IMG/VR virus record: IMGVR_UViG_3300036768_000895
Span: 1-39,062 of that record
DNA: 39,062 bases
Source: a virus
Taxonomy: Duplodnaviria > Caudoviricetes
Reading direction: 5' to 3' (one strand)
Every line of letters begins with the position of its first letter. Within the stretch, counting starts at the first letter, position 1. Below are positions 9,493-17,883 of the stretch, one piece after another. The notes under the pieces are model-generated. The model had not been told where the DNA came from. It worked only from the letters and a program-made list of their open reading frames with translations, and made no database searches. The position numbers and the translations under genes were made by a program.

Positions 9493-10440
9493 ATGGCCAA
9501 AGATTTCCCGCAGCGGATACTGGCTCGCCCCTTTGGCTGGCATGACGGCAAGCTGATTGTGGCCAGGTCGTGCGCGGCCCCCGACGAAACGGGCAAGCGG
9601 TGGCTGGGAGTCATTGGCAGTGCCAGCGGACAGAGCGACAAGCCGATTGTGATCGGTACGGAGTGCGAGTTCCCGTCGCTGCTCCGCCAGCTCGGCCGCT
9701 GGGTATCGTGGCCGCACGGCCAGCGCCCGATCTACGCCATCGCCTGCTGCCAGCACGGGTCGAGCGCTGGATCGAGCGGGCCTTCGAGCGGTCCGAGTTC
9801 CGGACCCAGCAGCGGCCCCTCCAGCGGCCCCAGCAGCGGTCCCAGCAGCGGGCCATCGAGCGGGCCGAGTTCCGGCCCCTCCAGCGGTCCCAGCAGCGGG
9901 CCGTCGAGCGGGCCACGCGGCGGCTGCCGCCTCTATCCGTGGTGGTTCGTCACTGCTGGCGGGGCGCAAATCCTCTCGGACCCCGATGAGTGGACCGTGC
10001 GCTGGAAAACATCGCCGTTTGCCGGCGCGCAGCATGCCGCCGGCGACCGCTATATCCACTGCTGGGGCAGCTACAATCGCCGCTTCCGCATTACCGCTAC
10101 CGCAGACCTTACCACAGCGCATCACGGGTCGCTGGTGGTATACGTTGAAGTTTGCGGCAGCCCGCTAACGCCCGAAGACCCATACATGCTCTCGTTCGAT
10201 ACTTCGCCCGATCCGCCTCAGTGTCATTGGAGTTTTCTCGACACAGCGACGCGCGAAGGCGAAGTGAACACGCAGCAATGTGGTGCAGACGAAGAGCAGC
10301 ATTTGCCGCCGACCATTGAGGACTTCGAGTTCCCGCCGTCGATCCGCATCCATTGGGAGTATCACCTGCTGTTCGCGGGTCCCGAGTATTGCAGCCCGGA
10401 GAACGAAAGCCGATTGACCTTCACGTTTGAGTGGCTCTAA
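9493..10440 (+). CDS. Putative virion/receptor-binding protein with (SSGP)12 linker
   Basis: ATG 9493 just after the upstream stop; Cys-containing domains flank a Ser-Ser-Gly-Pro repeat. Confidence 0.6.
   Translation: MAKDFPQRILARPFGWHDGKLIVARSCAAPDETGKRWLGVIGSASGQSDKPIVIGTECEFPSLLRQLGRWVSWPHGQRPIYAIACCQHGSSAGSSGPSSGPSSGPSSGPSSGPSSGPSSGPSSGPSSGPSSGPSSGPSSGPRGGCRLYPWWFVTAGGAQILSDPDEWTVRWKTSPFAGAQHAAGDRYIHCWGSYNRRFRITATADLTTAHHGSLVVYVEVCGSPLTPEDPYMLSFDTSPDPPQCHWSFLDTATREGEVNTQQCGADEEQHLPPTIEDFEFPPSIRIHWEYHLLFAGPEYCSPENESRLTFTFEWL
9772..9915 (+). repeat. 12 x 12-nt coding tandem repeat (SSGP)
   Basis: 144 nt encoding SSGP twelve times with varied synonymous codons. Confidence 0.9.
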
Positions 10441-10443
10441 GAA

Positions 10444-13400
10444 ATGAGAAGGTGTTCCGAAGCGCACTGTGGCATGACGCCGGAGGAAATGGTGGCCCTG
10501 ATCGAGGCCGCACCGCCCGGCCCGTGGCCCGAAGGATGGCGCGGCTGGCCGTGCGTGTGCGAAGCGCATCGCATCATGTTCCGACGCGAAGCGCAGCGGG
10601 TCGCGGCGCTCGTCGATCCGCCGATGGACTGGCAGCAGCCGCGCGGCATCGTGACATGCGGCGGCGGCTTGAAATACTTCCCGGGCGTGTGGGTGCTGGC
10701 GCACGTGCTGCGCGACCTGGGGTGCACGCTGCCAATCCAAGTCTGGTATTTGGGCAGCGCGGAGATGGACCCGGGCATGGCGCGACTGTTGGAGCCGCTG
10801 GGCGTCGAGTGCGTGGACGCCTTCAAGGTCGCGGAGCAATACCCGGCCCGCATCTTGTGCGGTTTTGAGGTCAAAATCTACGCCACGCTGTTTTCGCCGT
10901 TCCAGGAGGTGCTGTTTCTGGACGCGGACAACCTGCCGAACCGCGACCCGTCGGACCTGTTTTCGTGGCCGCAATACCTGCGCACGGGCGCGGTATTCTG
11001 GCCCGATTATGCCTGCTGGAAGCTCAAGTCCGACGTGTGGCATATCTGGGGCATGGAAGACATCCTCGAAGACGTGATCGACGATACGGCCTTCGAGTCG
11101 GGGCAGTACCTGATCGACAAGCGCCGGGCCTGGCGCGAGCTGATGCTGAGCAAGTGGCTGGGCGATCATTCCGACTATGTTTTCGGCACGGTGTACGGCG
11201 ACAAGGAATGTTTTCACCTGGCCTGGCGACGGCTCGGGCGAGAATATGCCATGCCAAGATATGCGCCGGGCTGGGCGGGGCGGTGCTGCATTGTGCAGCA
11301 CGATTTCGATGGCAAGCCGATTTTTTTCCACCGCTGCCAGGACAAGTGGCGGCTGGATGGGCGCAATCGGCTAGAAGGACTGCCGCATGAGGACCGGGCC
11401 TTTGCGCTGCTCAAAGAGCTGCGGCAGAAGTGGTCGGGCGTCCCGTGGCGGAATAATCACCCGACGCCGCAGGAGCAGGAGGTGATCGCGCAGCTCCAGG
11501 GCAAGCGGTACATTTACCAGCGGGTCGGGCATGATCAGCGGGTGCTGGTGCTCGAAAAGGATCAGTGGATCACGGAAGGTTCGGCGGACTGTGAACGACG
11601 CTGGGACGTTCATATCGTGGACGGCGAGCCGGTGCTGACCATTTCGGCGTATGACGGGCCGACCTGCCACCTGCGCCGTGACGAAGTGGGCATTTGGCGC
11701 GGCCGATGGCTGCACCACGAGCGCATGCCGATTGTGCTGGCGCCGACTGACGTTTTCGGGACGTTGGCGTGGCTGCCCCCGCCCGACCCGGCCGCGCCAA
11801 TGACTGACGAGGAACGGGCCGTGTTTCAGTCGGTCGCGGGTCGGCGGCTGTTGTACGAGCGCGTGGGATACGACCAGCGCCCGATCAAGCTGGAGCCCGA
11901 CGGCACGATCAGCGAAGGGGCCGGCGGCATGGAACGCACCTGGCACGTCCGCATTGTCGATGGTGCGCCGGTGCTGACGATCACAGACGGCCTGCGTCCG
12001 ACGTGCCACCTGCGCCGTGGGGACGACGGCCGCTGGCGCGGCCAGTGGCTGCGGCATGAGCGGATGCCGATCCTGCTCAGTCCGATGGCGGACGACGGCC
12101 AGAGCGCATCATCGCCCCGGGAGGGCGAGAGCGCCCCATCGCCGCCCAGTGGTAACAGTGCGGAGTCGGCCGACGAGGAGGACGAGGACCCGGACGCAGA
12201 CGGGCGCGGCGACCTGGCCGCGCTGGTCACGGTCGCCGTCGTCAGTTTTCGCCGATTCGCCTGCCTGGTGGAGCTGCTGCGGTCGATTCGCGCCCACTAC
12301 CCGGACCTGCGCGTGATCGTGGCCGACCAGTCGGGGCCAGACGCCCAGACGGACGAGCGGGCGCAGTGGTGCCGCCGGCATCCGCAGGTGCAATGGATCG
12401 ACCTGCCCTACGACTGCGGACTGTCGGCTGCGCGCAACGCGGCCATCGCCCACGTGCGCACGCCGTACGTCTGGCTGATGGACGACGATTTCCGGGTTTT
12501 GCCATGCACGGACGCTGTGGCCGCGCTGCACCTGTTCCAGGAGGTGAGCGGGACCGAGATCGTCGCTGGTCCGCTGTACGACCTGGCCGCTGGCCGCATG
12601 ATCGACTGGGCGGCCATGCTCACCATCGAGCCCGGGACGCCGCCGGTCGTGAGCGCCAGCGCGCCCGGGCCGTGGCGGCGGTCGAAGCGAGGGGCGCTGT
12701 GGCGGCCCGTCGGCCGGTTCCTGAACTCGTTCATCGCGCGGACCCAGACGCTGCGGCGGGTGCCGTGGCGCCACGATCTGAAAATCCGCGGCGAGCATCG
12801 GGTGCACGTGGCCGACCTGGTGCGCCATCGCGTGCCCTGCATCGAAACGCCTGCCCTGACGCTGGCGCATCAAGCGCAGCGGCGCGGCGATGCGACCTAC
12901 CAGCAGATGCGCTCACGCCGCGACTGGTACGAAACGCCGCTGTATCGGTTCGCGGGCGATTGGAAGCTATCGGAGGACCCGGTGCCGCCTCCAGCCGTGG
13001 CGCATCCATGCCGCGGGGTCGTGGTGCTGACGCCTGGCCATACGGGCTCGCGTGTGGTGGCGCGTCTGCTTGATGCGCTGGGGTGGCGGATGCCGGAGCT
13101 GGACGTCGTGTTTGGCGAACCCGCCGACGTGCGCGCGGTCAATCAGCGCCTGCTGCGTGGCGAGCGCCTGCGAGGACAAGAGCTGCGCGCGCAGGTCGCG
13201 GCCTGGCCGCGGCCCTGGTGCATCAAGGACCCGCGGCTGTGCGAGACGCTCGACGCATGGCTGCCGGCGCTGGCCGATGATGCCCCGCTGCTCGTTGTCG
13301 TGGACCGCGACCTGAACGCCACCCGCGAAAGCTGGCGCCGTCGCGGCGAGGCATTGGAACGGCTTCAACGGCGGCTGGAGGGCGTCGGCTATCATTGGAC

Positions 13401-13512
13401 CTATTGGCCCTGGGAACGCCGCCGCGTGGCGTTTGAGGCCATCTGCGCGGCTTGGCAGCGTATTCCCGAGCCCGGGCGGGAAGGCGAGTCGATGAACAGT
13501 GGCCCCTCGTGA
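10444..13512 (+). CDS. Multidomain glycan-modifying enzyme: GT71/MNN2-like mannosyltransferase + 2 repeated domains + GT2 + sulfotransferase-like domain
   Basis: RGIV..GG, SPFQEVLFLDADN, GAVFWPDY, ESGQ, GDKE (Mannosyl_trans3-like); VTVAVVSF.R, IVADQS, GLSAARN, LMDDD (GT2); VVLTPGHTGS...WCIKDPRL (sulfotransferase-like). Confidence 0.8.
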   Translation: MRRCSEAHCGMTPEEMVALIEAAPPGPWPEGWRGWPCVCEAHRIMFRREAQRVAALVDPPMDWQQPRGIVTCGGGLKYFPGVWVLAHVLRDLGCTLPIQVWYLGSAEMDPGMARLLEPLGVECVDAFKVAEQYPARILCGFEVKIYATLFSPFQEVLFLDADNLPNRDPSDLFSWPQYLRTGAVFWPDYACWKLKSDVWHIWGMEDILEDVIDDTAFESGQYLIDKRRAWRELMLSKWLGDHSDYVFGTVYGDKECFHLAWRRLGREYAMPRYAPGWAGRCCIVQHDFDGKPIFFHRCQDKWRLDGRNRLEGLPHEDRAFALLKELRQKWSGVPWRNNHPTPQEQEVIAQLQGKRYIYQRVGHDQRVLVLEKDQWITEGSADCERRWDVHIVDGEPVLTISAYDGPTCHLRRDEVGIWRGRWLHHERMPIVLAPTDVFGTLAWLPPPDPAAPMTDEERAVFQSVAGRRLLYERVGYDQRPIKLEPDGTISEGAGGMERTWHVRIVDGAPVLTITDGLRPTCHLRRGDDGRWRGQWLRHERMPILLSPMADDGQSASSPREGESAPSPPSGNSAESADEEDEDPDADGRGDLAALVTVAVVSFRRFACLVELLRSIRAHYPDLRVIVADQSGPDAQTDERAQWCRRHPQVQWIDLPYDCGLSAARNAAIAHVRTPYVWLMDDDFRVLPCTDAVAALHLFQEVSGTEIVAGPLYDLAAGRMIDWAAMLTIEPGTPPVVSASAPGPWRRSKRGALWRPVGRFLNSFIARTQTLRRVPWRHDLKIRGEHRVHVADLVRHRVPCIETPALTLAHQAQRRGDATYQQMRSRRDWYETPLYRFAGDWKLSEDPVPPPAVAHPCRGVVVLTPGHTGSRVVARLLDALGWRMPELDVVFGEPADVRAVNQRLLRGERLRGQELRAQVAAWPRPWCIKDPRLCETLDAWLPALADDAPLLVVVDRDLNATRESWRRRGEALERLQRRLEGVGYHWTYWPWERRRVAFEAICAAWQRIPEPGREGESMNSGPS

Positions 13513-13519
13513 GGGAGTT

Positions 13520-14335
13520 ATGGACGACGCGCACCGAACCGACCGACAATCACTGGAGCAATTCGCGGCCGCGCGTGCCAAGGCCGTCGGCTACGGCGAC
13601 GGCGTGCTGTGCCGCGTCCTGGGCGATCTGTTGGCCATCGTGGACCCTGCGGACCTGACCGTCGGGCCGCGGCTGGCGATGGACGGGTATTGGGAGGCGT
13701 GGGTGACAGCCGCCCTGCTGCGGCACCTGCGCCCCGGGATGGCGTGCGTGGACGTAGGGGCGCACGTCGGATACTACACGCTGGCCATGGCGCGGGCCGT
13801 CGGCCCCGAAGGCCGCGTGCTGGCGGTCGAGCCGTACCCGGTCAGCGCGCATCGTCTGCGACAGAACCTGGCCCTGAACGGTTTGTCGTGGGTCGAGACG
13901 GCCCAGGTCGCCGCGTCAGACGCCGCAGGAACCGCCACCCTGCGCGTGCCGCGCTGCAACGTGGGCGGGGCATCGTTGCACCCTGCCGAAAGGCCGGACT
14001 ACGCCGAAGACTGCGAAGTCCCCACAATCGCGCTGGACGACCTGCTGGGAGAGTGGACCCAGCTCGATCTCGTGAAAGTCGATGTCGAGGGCTGGGAGGG
14101 CAAAGTCTGGCAAGGCACCGAGCGCCTGCGGCAGCGGTTCCCGGGGGCCGTGCTGGTCGTTGAGCTACACGTCGCCCTGGACCGGCGCGTGGTGGCGGAA
14201 TTGCTGCCGGAGATCGAGCGCTGCGGCTACGTGCTGCGGCACGTGCGGTACGACGGGACGGTTGCGCCGATCACCCCCGATGCGATCTTGTCCCGCCCGG
14301 AGAGCGGATGCACCCTGTGGCTGACGCGACGCTGA
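13520..14335 (+). CDS. FkbM-family SAM-dependent methyltransferase
   Basis: VDVGAHVGYYT, VLAVEP, LVKVDVEGWE motifs; RBS GAGGGAG before ATG 13520. Confidence 0.9.
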   Translation: MDDAHRTDRQSLEQFAAARAKAVGYGDGVLCRVLGDLLAIVDPADLTVGPRLAMDGYWEAWVTAALLRHLRPGMACVDVGAHVGYYTLAMARAVGPEGRVLAVEPYPVSAHRLRQNLALNGLSWVETAQVAASDAAGTATLRVPRCNVGGASLHPAERPDYAEDCEVPTIALDDLLGEWTQLDLVKVDVEGWEGKVWQGTERLRQRFPGAVLVVELHVALDRRVVAELLPEIERCGYVLRHVRYDGTVAPITPDAILSRPESGCTLWLTRR

Positions 14336-14348
14336 AGGGAACAGACCG

Positions 14349-14723
14349 ATGGCATGGATGCTGGCGGTGGTGGTGGCGGTGGCCGCGCACCCGGTCGATG
14401 ACGTGCTGCGCGATCGGGTTGACGTAATCGAACTCAATCATTTTTTTAACGACCACGGCGAGCTGATCTTCGATCAGCTCATCTTCTGGGACTGGTGCCC
14501 CGCCACGGGGCGGCTGAAGGTGCGGGCGTGGCGACTGGTCAAATCGGCCTGGCAGATTCCTGAGCGGGACTGGCGGCGCGGGGGCTGGTCGGCCCTGTGG
14601 CTGGATGGCGACCGGCTGCGGGCGGTTTATGCCGGGGCGTACCGCGAAACGTGGACGCAGTACGACCCAGAGCTTGAGGACCGCCGGCTGCATGACCCGA
14701 CGCAGCGGCGGAAGCTCCGCTGA
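14349..14723 (+). CDS. Small secreted hypothetical protein resembling a planctomycete-type family
   Basis: Signal-peptide-like N-terminus; VD.IE.NHF, FDQLIFWDW, VRAWRLVK, RETWTQYDPE motifs recalled from Pirellulales proteins (not searched). Confidence 0.65.
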   Translation: MAWMLAVVVAVAAHPVDDVLRDRVDVIELNHFFNDHGELIFDQLIFWDWCPATGRLKVRAWRLVKSAWQIPERDWRRGGWSALWLDGDRLRAVYAGAYRETWTQYDPELEDRRLHDPTQRRKLR

Positions 14724-14740
14724 CCGCCAAGGCCGCGGCC

Positions 14741-14938
14741 AGTCCCATTTTCCGAAGTGTCCACCCTCCAGGGCCGCGGATTTTTTTCGAGATTTTTTCC
14801 CCAAGGCCGGCCGCCGCTATTGACGAGTATTTGCCACGCGGTATAATAAAGGCGTCATCGGTGAGGGACCGATGACGGCAAGCCGCGGCCGACGCGGCGA
14901 CAATCAGCGGGCCGGTTAGACCGGCCGGGGAGGTTCCG
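14741..14938 (+). promoter_or_regulatory. Cassette leader copy 1 (conserved box, T-tracts, sigma70 promoter, 3 hairpins, RBS)
   Basis: TTGACG 14820-14825, 16-nt spacer, TATAAT 14842-14847; GGAGG before ATG 14939. Confidence 0.9.
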
Positions 14939-15211
14939 ATGGCGTTTACGACTGGCGAACTGCGGAAAGCTGTCAAGCGGGCGCGGCAAGAAATTGGGGC
15001 TCAGCCGCTGGTGGTGGCCAAAGGATCGTTGTCGATCCACCTGCTGCGGCGGCTGAAGCGCAACGCCAAGGGCGACGGCGACGGGTGGCGCGAGCTCGGC
15101 TACGCCGTCTGGTCGTGCGTGTCCCAGTCGTGGGTCTTTGGCGGGTGGGACTCGCCGGTGACGCTCCAGGAGGCCGCGCGTTACGTGTCGGAGGCCAGCT
15201 ACTACGCCTGA
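14939..15211 (+). CDS. Cassette 1 hypothetical protein (90 aa)
   Basis: Exactly fills the space between the leader RBS and the pseudoknot element. Confidence 0.75.
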   Translation: MAFTTGELRKAVKRARQEIGAQPLVVAKGSLSIHLLRRLKRNAKGDGDGWRELGYAVWSCVSQSWVFGGWDSPVTLQEAARYVSEASYYA

Positions 15212-15219
15212 TGGCGGCG

Positions 15220-15292
15220 GCCGCCGCCGTGTGCCCCCGAGCGGCGGCGGCGAGTGCTCTATCGGGGGCGTTTCCGGCGCACGCAGCGCCGG
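15220..15292 (+). repeat. Post-gene pseudoknot element copy 1 (+ hairpin)
   Basis: GCCGCCGCCG/CGGCGGCGGC stem; loop GCCCCCGA complementary to TCGGGGGC 15262-15269; CCGGCGC/GCGCCGG hairpin. Confidence 0.85.
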
Positions 15293-15315
15293 GCATTGGG
15301 GCCTGGACGGCGACC

Positions 15316-15512
15316 AGTCCCATTTTCCCAAGTGTCCACCTTCCCGGGGCCGCGGATTTTTTTCGAGATTTTTTCCCCAAGGTCAGCCGCGGCTCTTGAC
15401 GAGTATTTATCCTGCGGTATAATTAAGGCGTCATCGGTGAGGGACCGATGGCGGCGGCCGCGGCCGACGCGGCGACAATCAGCGGGCCGGCAAGGCCGGC
15501 CGGGAGGTTACG
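15316..15512 (+). promoter_or_regulatory. Cassette leader copy 2
   Basis: TTGACG 15396-15401, TATAAT 15418-15423, same hairpins and RBS. Confidence 0.9.
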
Positions 15513-15905
15513 ATGAGCGGCGACGAACTGATTCGGAAGGTTTGCGACTTGGCGGTTGCCGGGAAGGGCTCCCCCAAGGACGGGGGCATCACGATGCGGG
15601 GCGACGGGCCGCAGTTTCCGCGGGGCCTGGTCCATACGCGGTACGAGCATATCGTCCACCGCCGCGTTTGGCGGGATGGACAATGGGTGCCGATTTCGAC
15701 GCGCAAGCGCAATCGCTTTGACCGCGTCCATGCGGGGGAGCTGGTCATCGAGTGGGTCGATAACTGGGCGATCCAGACGGCCTATTTGATTCTGGGCTCG
15801 TTCACCCCGGGCTTCCGCAAGTTGGAAGTCCGGGACCATGGTGATCTGCTGTCGATCTATTTGCCGGACGGGCGGGTCGTCGTCCGACCGGGGCCGCGGG
15901 CGTAA
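15513..15905 (+). CDS. VWR-GE-LPDG family paralog 1 (130 aa)
   Basis: RRVWRDGQW...AGELV...TAYL...LPDGRVVVRP. Confidence 0.8.
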   Translation: MSGDELIRKVCDLAVAGKGSPKDGGITMRGDGPQFPRGLVHTRYEHIVHRRVWRDGQWVPISTRKRNRFDRVHAGELVIEWVDNWAIQTAYLILGSFTPGFRKLEVRDHGDLLSIYLPDGRVVVRPGPRA

Positions 15906-15912
15906 CTAGTAC

Positions 15913-15985
15913 GCCGCCGCCGTGTGCCCCCGAGCGGCGGCGGCGAGTGCTCTATCGGGGGCGCTTCCGGCGCGCGGAGCGCCGG
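15913..15985 (+). repeat. Pseudoknot element copy 2 (+ hairpin)
   Basis: Same stem and loop; TCGGGGGC at 15955-15962. Confidence 0.85.
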
Positions 15986-15988
15986 GTG

Positions 15989-16152
15989 ACGGCTGGTCCC
16001 CTTTTGCGAGTGCAGCACGCCCACGGACGACCGCGTGGAGGCGCCAACGCGACCGTGGGGGAGGTCCGGGAGGGGAGGAGCTCGGGGCGGGAATTGACCC
16101 GCAGTGGGGCGGCGGTGCCCAGCATCGCTGCCCCACGGGCCGGCTGTTTTTT
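15989..16152 (+). ncRNA. Candidate structured RNA, copy A
   Basis: Homologous to 20188-20355 with compensatory changes; closing stem followed by a T-tract. Confidence 0.55.
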
Positions 16153-16160
16153 CATAGACC

Positions 16161-16358
16161 AGTCCCATTTTCCCAAGTGTCCACCTTCCGGGTCCGCGGA
16201 TTTTTTTCCAAGATTTTTCGCCCAAGGTCGGCCTCGGCTCTTGACGACTATTTGTCCTGCCGTATAATAAAGGCGTCATCGGTGAGGGACCGATGGCGGC
16301 GGCCGCGGCCGACGCGGCGAAAGATCAGCGGGCCGGCAGGGCCGGCCGGGAGGTTGCG
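16161..16358 (+). promoter_or_regulatory. Cassette leader copy 3
   Basis: TTGACG 16241-16246, TATAAT 16263-16268. Confidence 0.9.
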
Positions 16359-16703
16359 ATGAACCGGGTACTGACAAGCGAGAATGCTGAGGCGTGCCGC
16401 GCGGCCGCGAACGGGACGCCATTTGGGCGCCCGCACTGGGAGGCGACGGCGGGCAACGACCGCTGGCGGGGAAGCTGGTATTTGCTAGTGTGGCGCGACG
16501 GCCGCTGGCAGCGCTTCGAGCATTCCCTGGACCGCGTCTGGCCGGGCGAGGTCATGCTTTACGTCGAGCAGCAGCAGCTCGCGATGGCCTACGTCGCCCT
16601 GCGGGACGCCGTGGTGCAAATTGAGTTCTCCCAGAGCGGCCCGGTCGTCCTGCAATTGCCCGACGGAACAGCGCTGACGCGGCCCCTGCCTGCTCTGGAC
16701 TAG
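16359..16703 (+). CDS. VWR-GE-LPDG family paralog 2 (114 aa)
   Basis: LVWRDGRW...WPGEVM...MAYV...LPDGTALTRP; ATG follows GGAGG. Confidence 0.8.
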   Translation: MNRVLTSENAEACRAAANGTPFGRPHWEATAGNDRWRGSWYLLVWRDGRWQRFEHSLDRVWPGEVMLYVEQQQLAMAYVALRDAVVQIEFSQSGPVVLQLPDGTALTRPLPALD

Positions 16704-16712
16704 TCTTCCCCT

Positions 16713-16763
16713 GCCGACGCCGTGTGCCCCCGAGCGGCGGCGGCAGCGCTGAGCTATCGGGGG
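16713..16763 (+). repeat. Pseudoknot element copy 3 (subtype with GCGCTGAGCTA linker)
   Basis: Stem with one mismatch, invariant loop, TCGGGGG at 16757-16763. Confidence 0.8.
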
Positions 16764-16793
16764 ATTTTCTTTTGCACACAAGGCCGCGCGCTT

Positions 16794-16835
16794 GTCGCGG
16801 CTGGGGACTGCCGCCCCCAGCCGCGACCGTTTCTT
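16794..16835 (+). terminator. Intrinsic terminator-like hairpin, copy 1
   Basis: GTCGCGGCTGGGG/CCCCAGCCGCGAC 13-bp stem then TTTCTT; repeated at 17461. Confidence 0.6.
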
Positions 16836-16840
16836 GCGCG

Positions 16841-17033
16841 CCCCATTTTCCCAAGTGTCCACCTTCCCGGGCCGCGGTTTTTTCGACATTTTTCGACCCA
16901 TGGCGGCCGCGGCTCTTGACTAGTATTTATCCTGCGGTATAATTTGGGCGTCATCGGTGAGGGACCGATGGCGGCGGCCGCGGCCGACGCGGCGACAATC
17001 AGCGGGCCGGCAGGGCCGGCCGGGGAGGGTGAG
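16841..17033 (+). promoter_or_regulatory. Cassette leader copy 4
   Basis: TTGACT 16916-16921, TATAAT 16938-16943. Confidence 0.9.
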
Positions 17034-17429
17034 ATGAACGAGACAGCGACGGCGGGAATCCCGGAAGACGTGCTGGTGGCGTGCGAGATTGCGGGGGCCG
17101 ACGCGGCGCCGGTGGGCGACCAAGTCATCATCACAGGCTGCGGGCACCTGAAATACGGGCGCGTTGGCGAATCCCCCACGCGCTGGTATCGGTACGTGTG
17201 GCGCGACGGCCGCTGGGTAAAGGTCGCCCGCACGCTGCGGCAGGCGGTCGGGCCGGTGCGCCCGGGCGAAGTGCTGGTCGATGTAGTCGAGCGCCGGCCG
17301 ATTTCGGCCGGTTGTCTGGTGACCGCGAAGGGCTTCGTTCAGCTCTTCGTGCGTGAGGCCAGCCCCAATACGATCTACGTGTACCTGCCGGACGGGCAGA
17401 TTCTCATTCGTCCGAACCCGCGGAAGTAA
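17034..17429 (+). CDS. VWR-GE-LPDG family paralog 3 (131 aa)
   Basis: YVWRDGRW...RPGEVL...LPDGQILIRP. Confidence 0.8.
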   Translation: MNETATAGIPEDVLVACEIAGADAAPVGDQVIITGCGHLKYGRVGESPTRWYRYVWRDGRWVKVARTLRQAVGPVRPGEVLVDVVERRPISAGCLVTAKGFVQLFVREASPNTIYVYLPDGQILIRPNPRK

Positions 17430-17460
17430 TTCCGGGTGCGGCCGCACCGCGGGCCGTCTG

Positions 17461-17499
17461 GTCGCGGCTGGGGACTGCCGCCCCCAGCCGCGATTCTTT
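17461..17499 (+). terminator. Intrinsic terminator-like hairpin, copy 2
   Basis: Same sequence as the 16794 hairpin; lies between convergent genes. Confidence 0.6.
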
Positions 17500-17519
17500 G
17501 CGCGATGCGCCCCCAGTCC

Positions 17520-17744
17520 CTAGGACACCAAATCGGCGGGCTCGCACCCGATGGCGGCAGCGACCGACGCGAGCCTAGAAAGGCTGGGCAGCGTCCGGCC
17601 GCGCTCGAAGGCGGACCATGCCGCGGCCGTGATCCCGGCACGCGCGGCCGCTTCCTGGAGTGTGAGCCCGGCGGCCAGGCGGCGTTCGCGCAGGCGCTCA
17701 CCCAGTATCTGGTGCAGGCGTGATGGGTATTTGGGCGGCGGCAC
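17520..17744 (-). CDS. Xre/Cro-family HTH regulator (candidate repressor)
   Basis: GERLRERRLAAGLTLQEAAARAGI...WSAFERGRTLPSL..L..VA.A.G; GTG start inferred from the promoter position. Confidence 0.85.
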   Translation of the reverse strand: MPPPKYPSRLHQILGERLRERRLAAGLTLQEAAARAGITAAAWSAFERGRTLPSLSRLASVAAAIGCEPADLVS

Positions 17745-17771
17745 CTGGCGCCCGCCGACGCCCAGTCTCGG

Positions 17772-17800
17772 ATTATGCGGTCGAAAGTGGTGCTGTGCAA
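17772..17800 (-). promoter_or_regulatory. Sigma70-like promoter for the HTH gene
   Basis: Minus strand TTGCAC-17 nt-CATAAT. Confidence 0.65.
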
Positions 17801-17883
17801 TCATCTTACGCTGCATTGTAGCGCCCGCCCATCGGAACGTGGACCGGTTGCCCCAGCCTGCCCTAGGCTGAGGTGGCAAAGTG

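Noticed and set aside
14757-14766. DnaA box in the leader (GTGTCCACC)
   Set aside because: Three mismatches to TTATCCACA; too weak to support
15220-15292. Integron attC sites
   Set aside because: No RYYYAAC/GTTRRRY ends, and most cassettes carry their own promoters
15220-15297. Pistol ribozyme call for the pseudoknot element
   Set aside because: Topology is loosely similar, but the A-rich junction and GU cleavage site are absent and the possible P2 pairing is not kept in all copies; self-cleavage is left as a test only
16055-16085. SRP RNA helix 8 resemblance (AGGTCCGGGAGG...AGC)
   Set aside because: Not preserved in the second copy at ~20260-20285; probably chance
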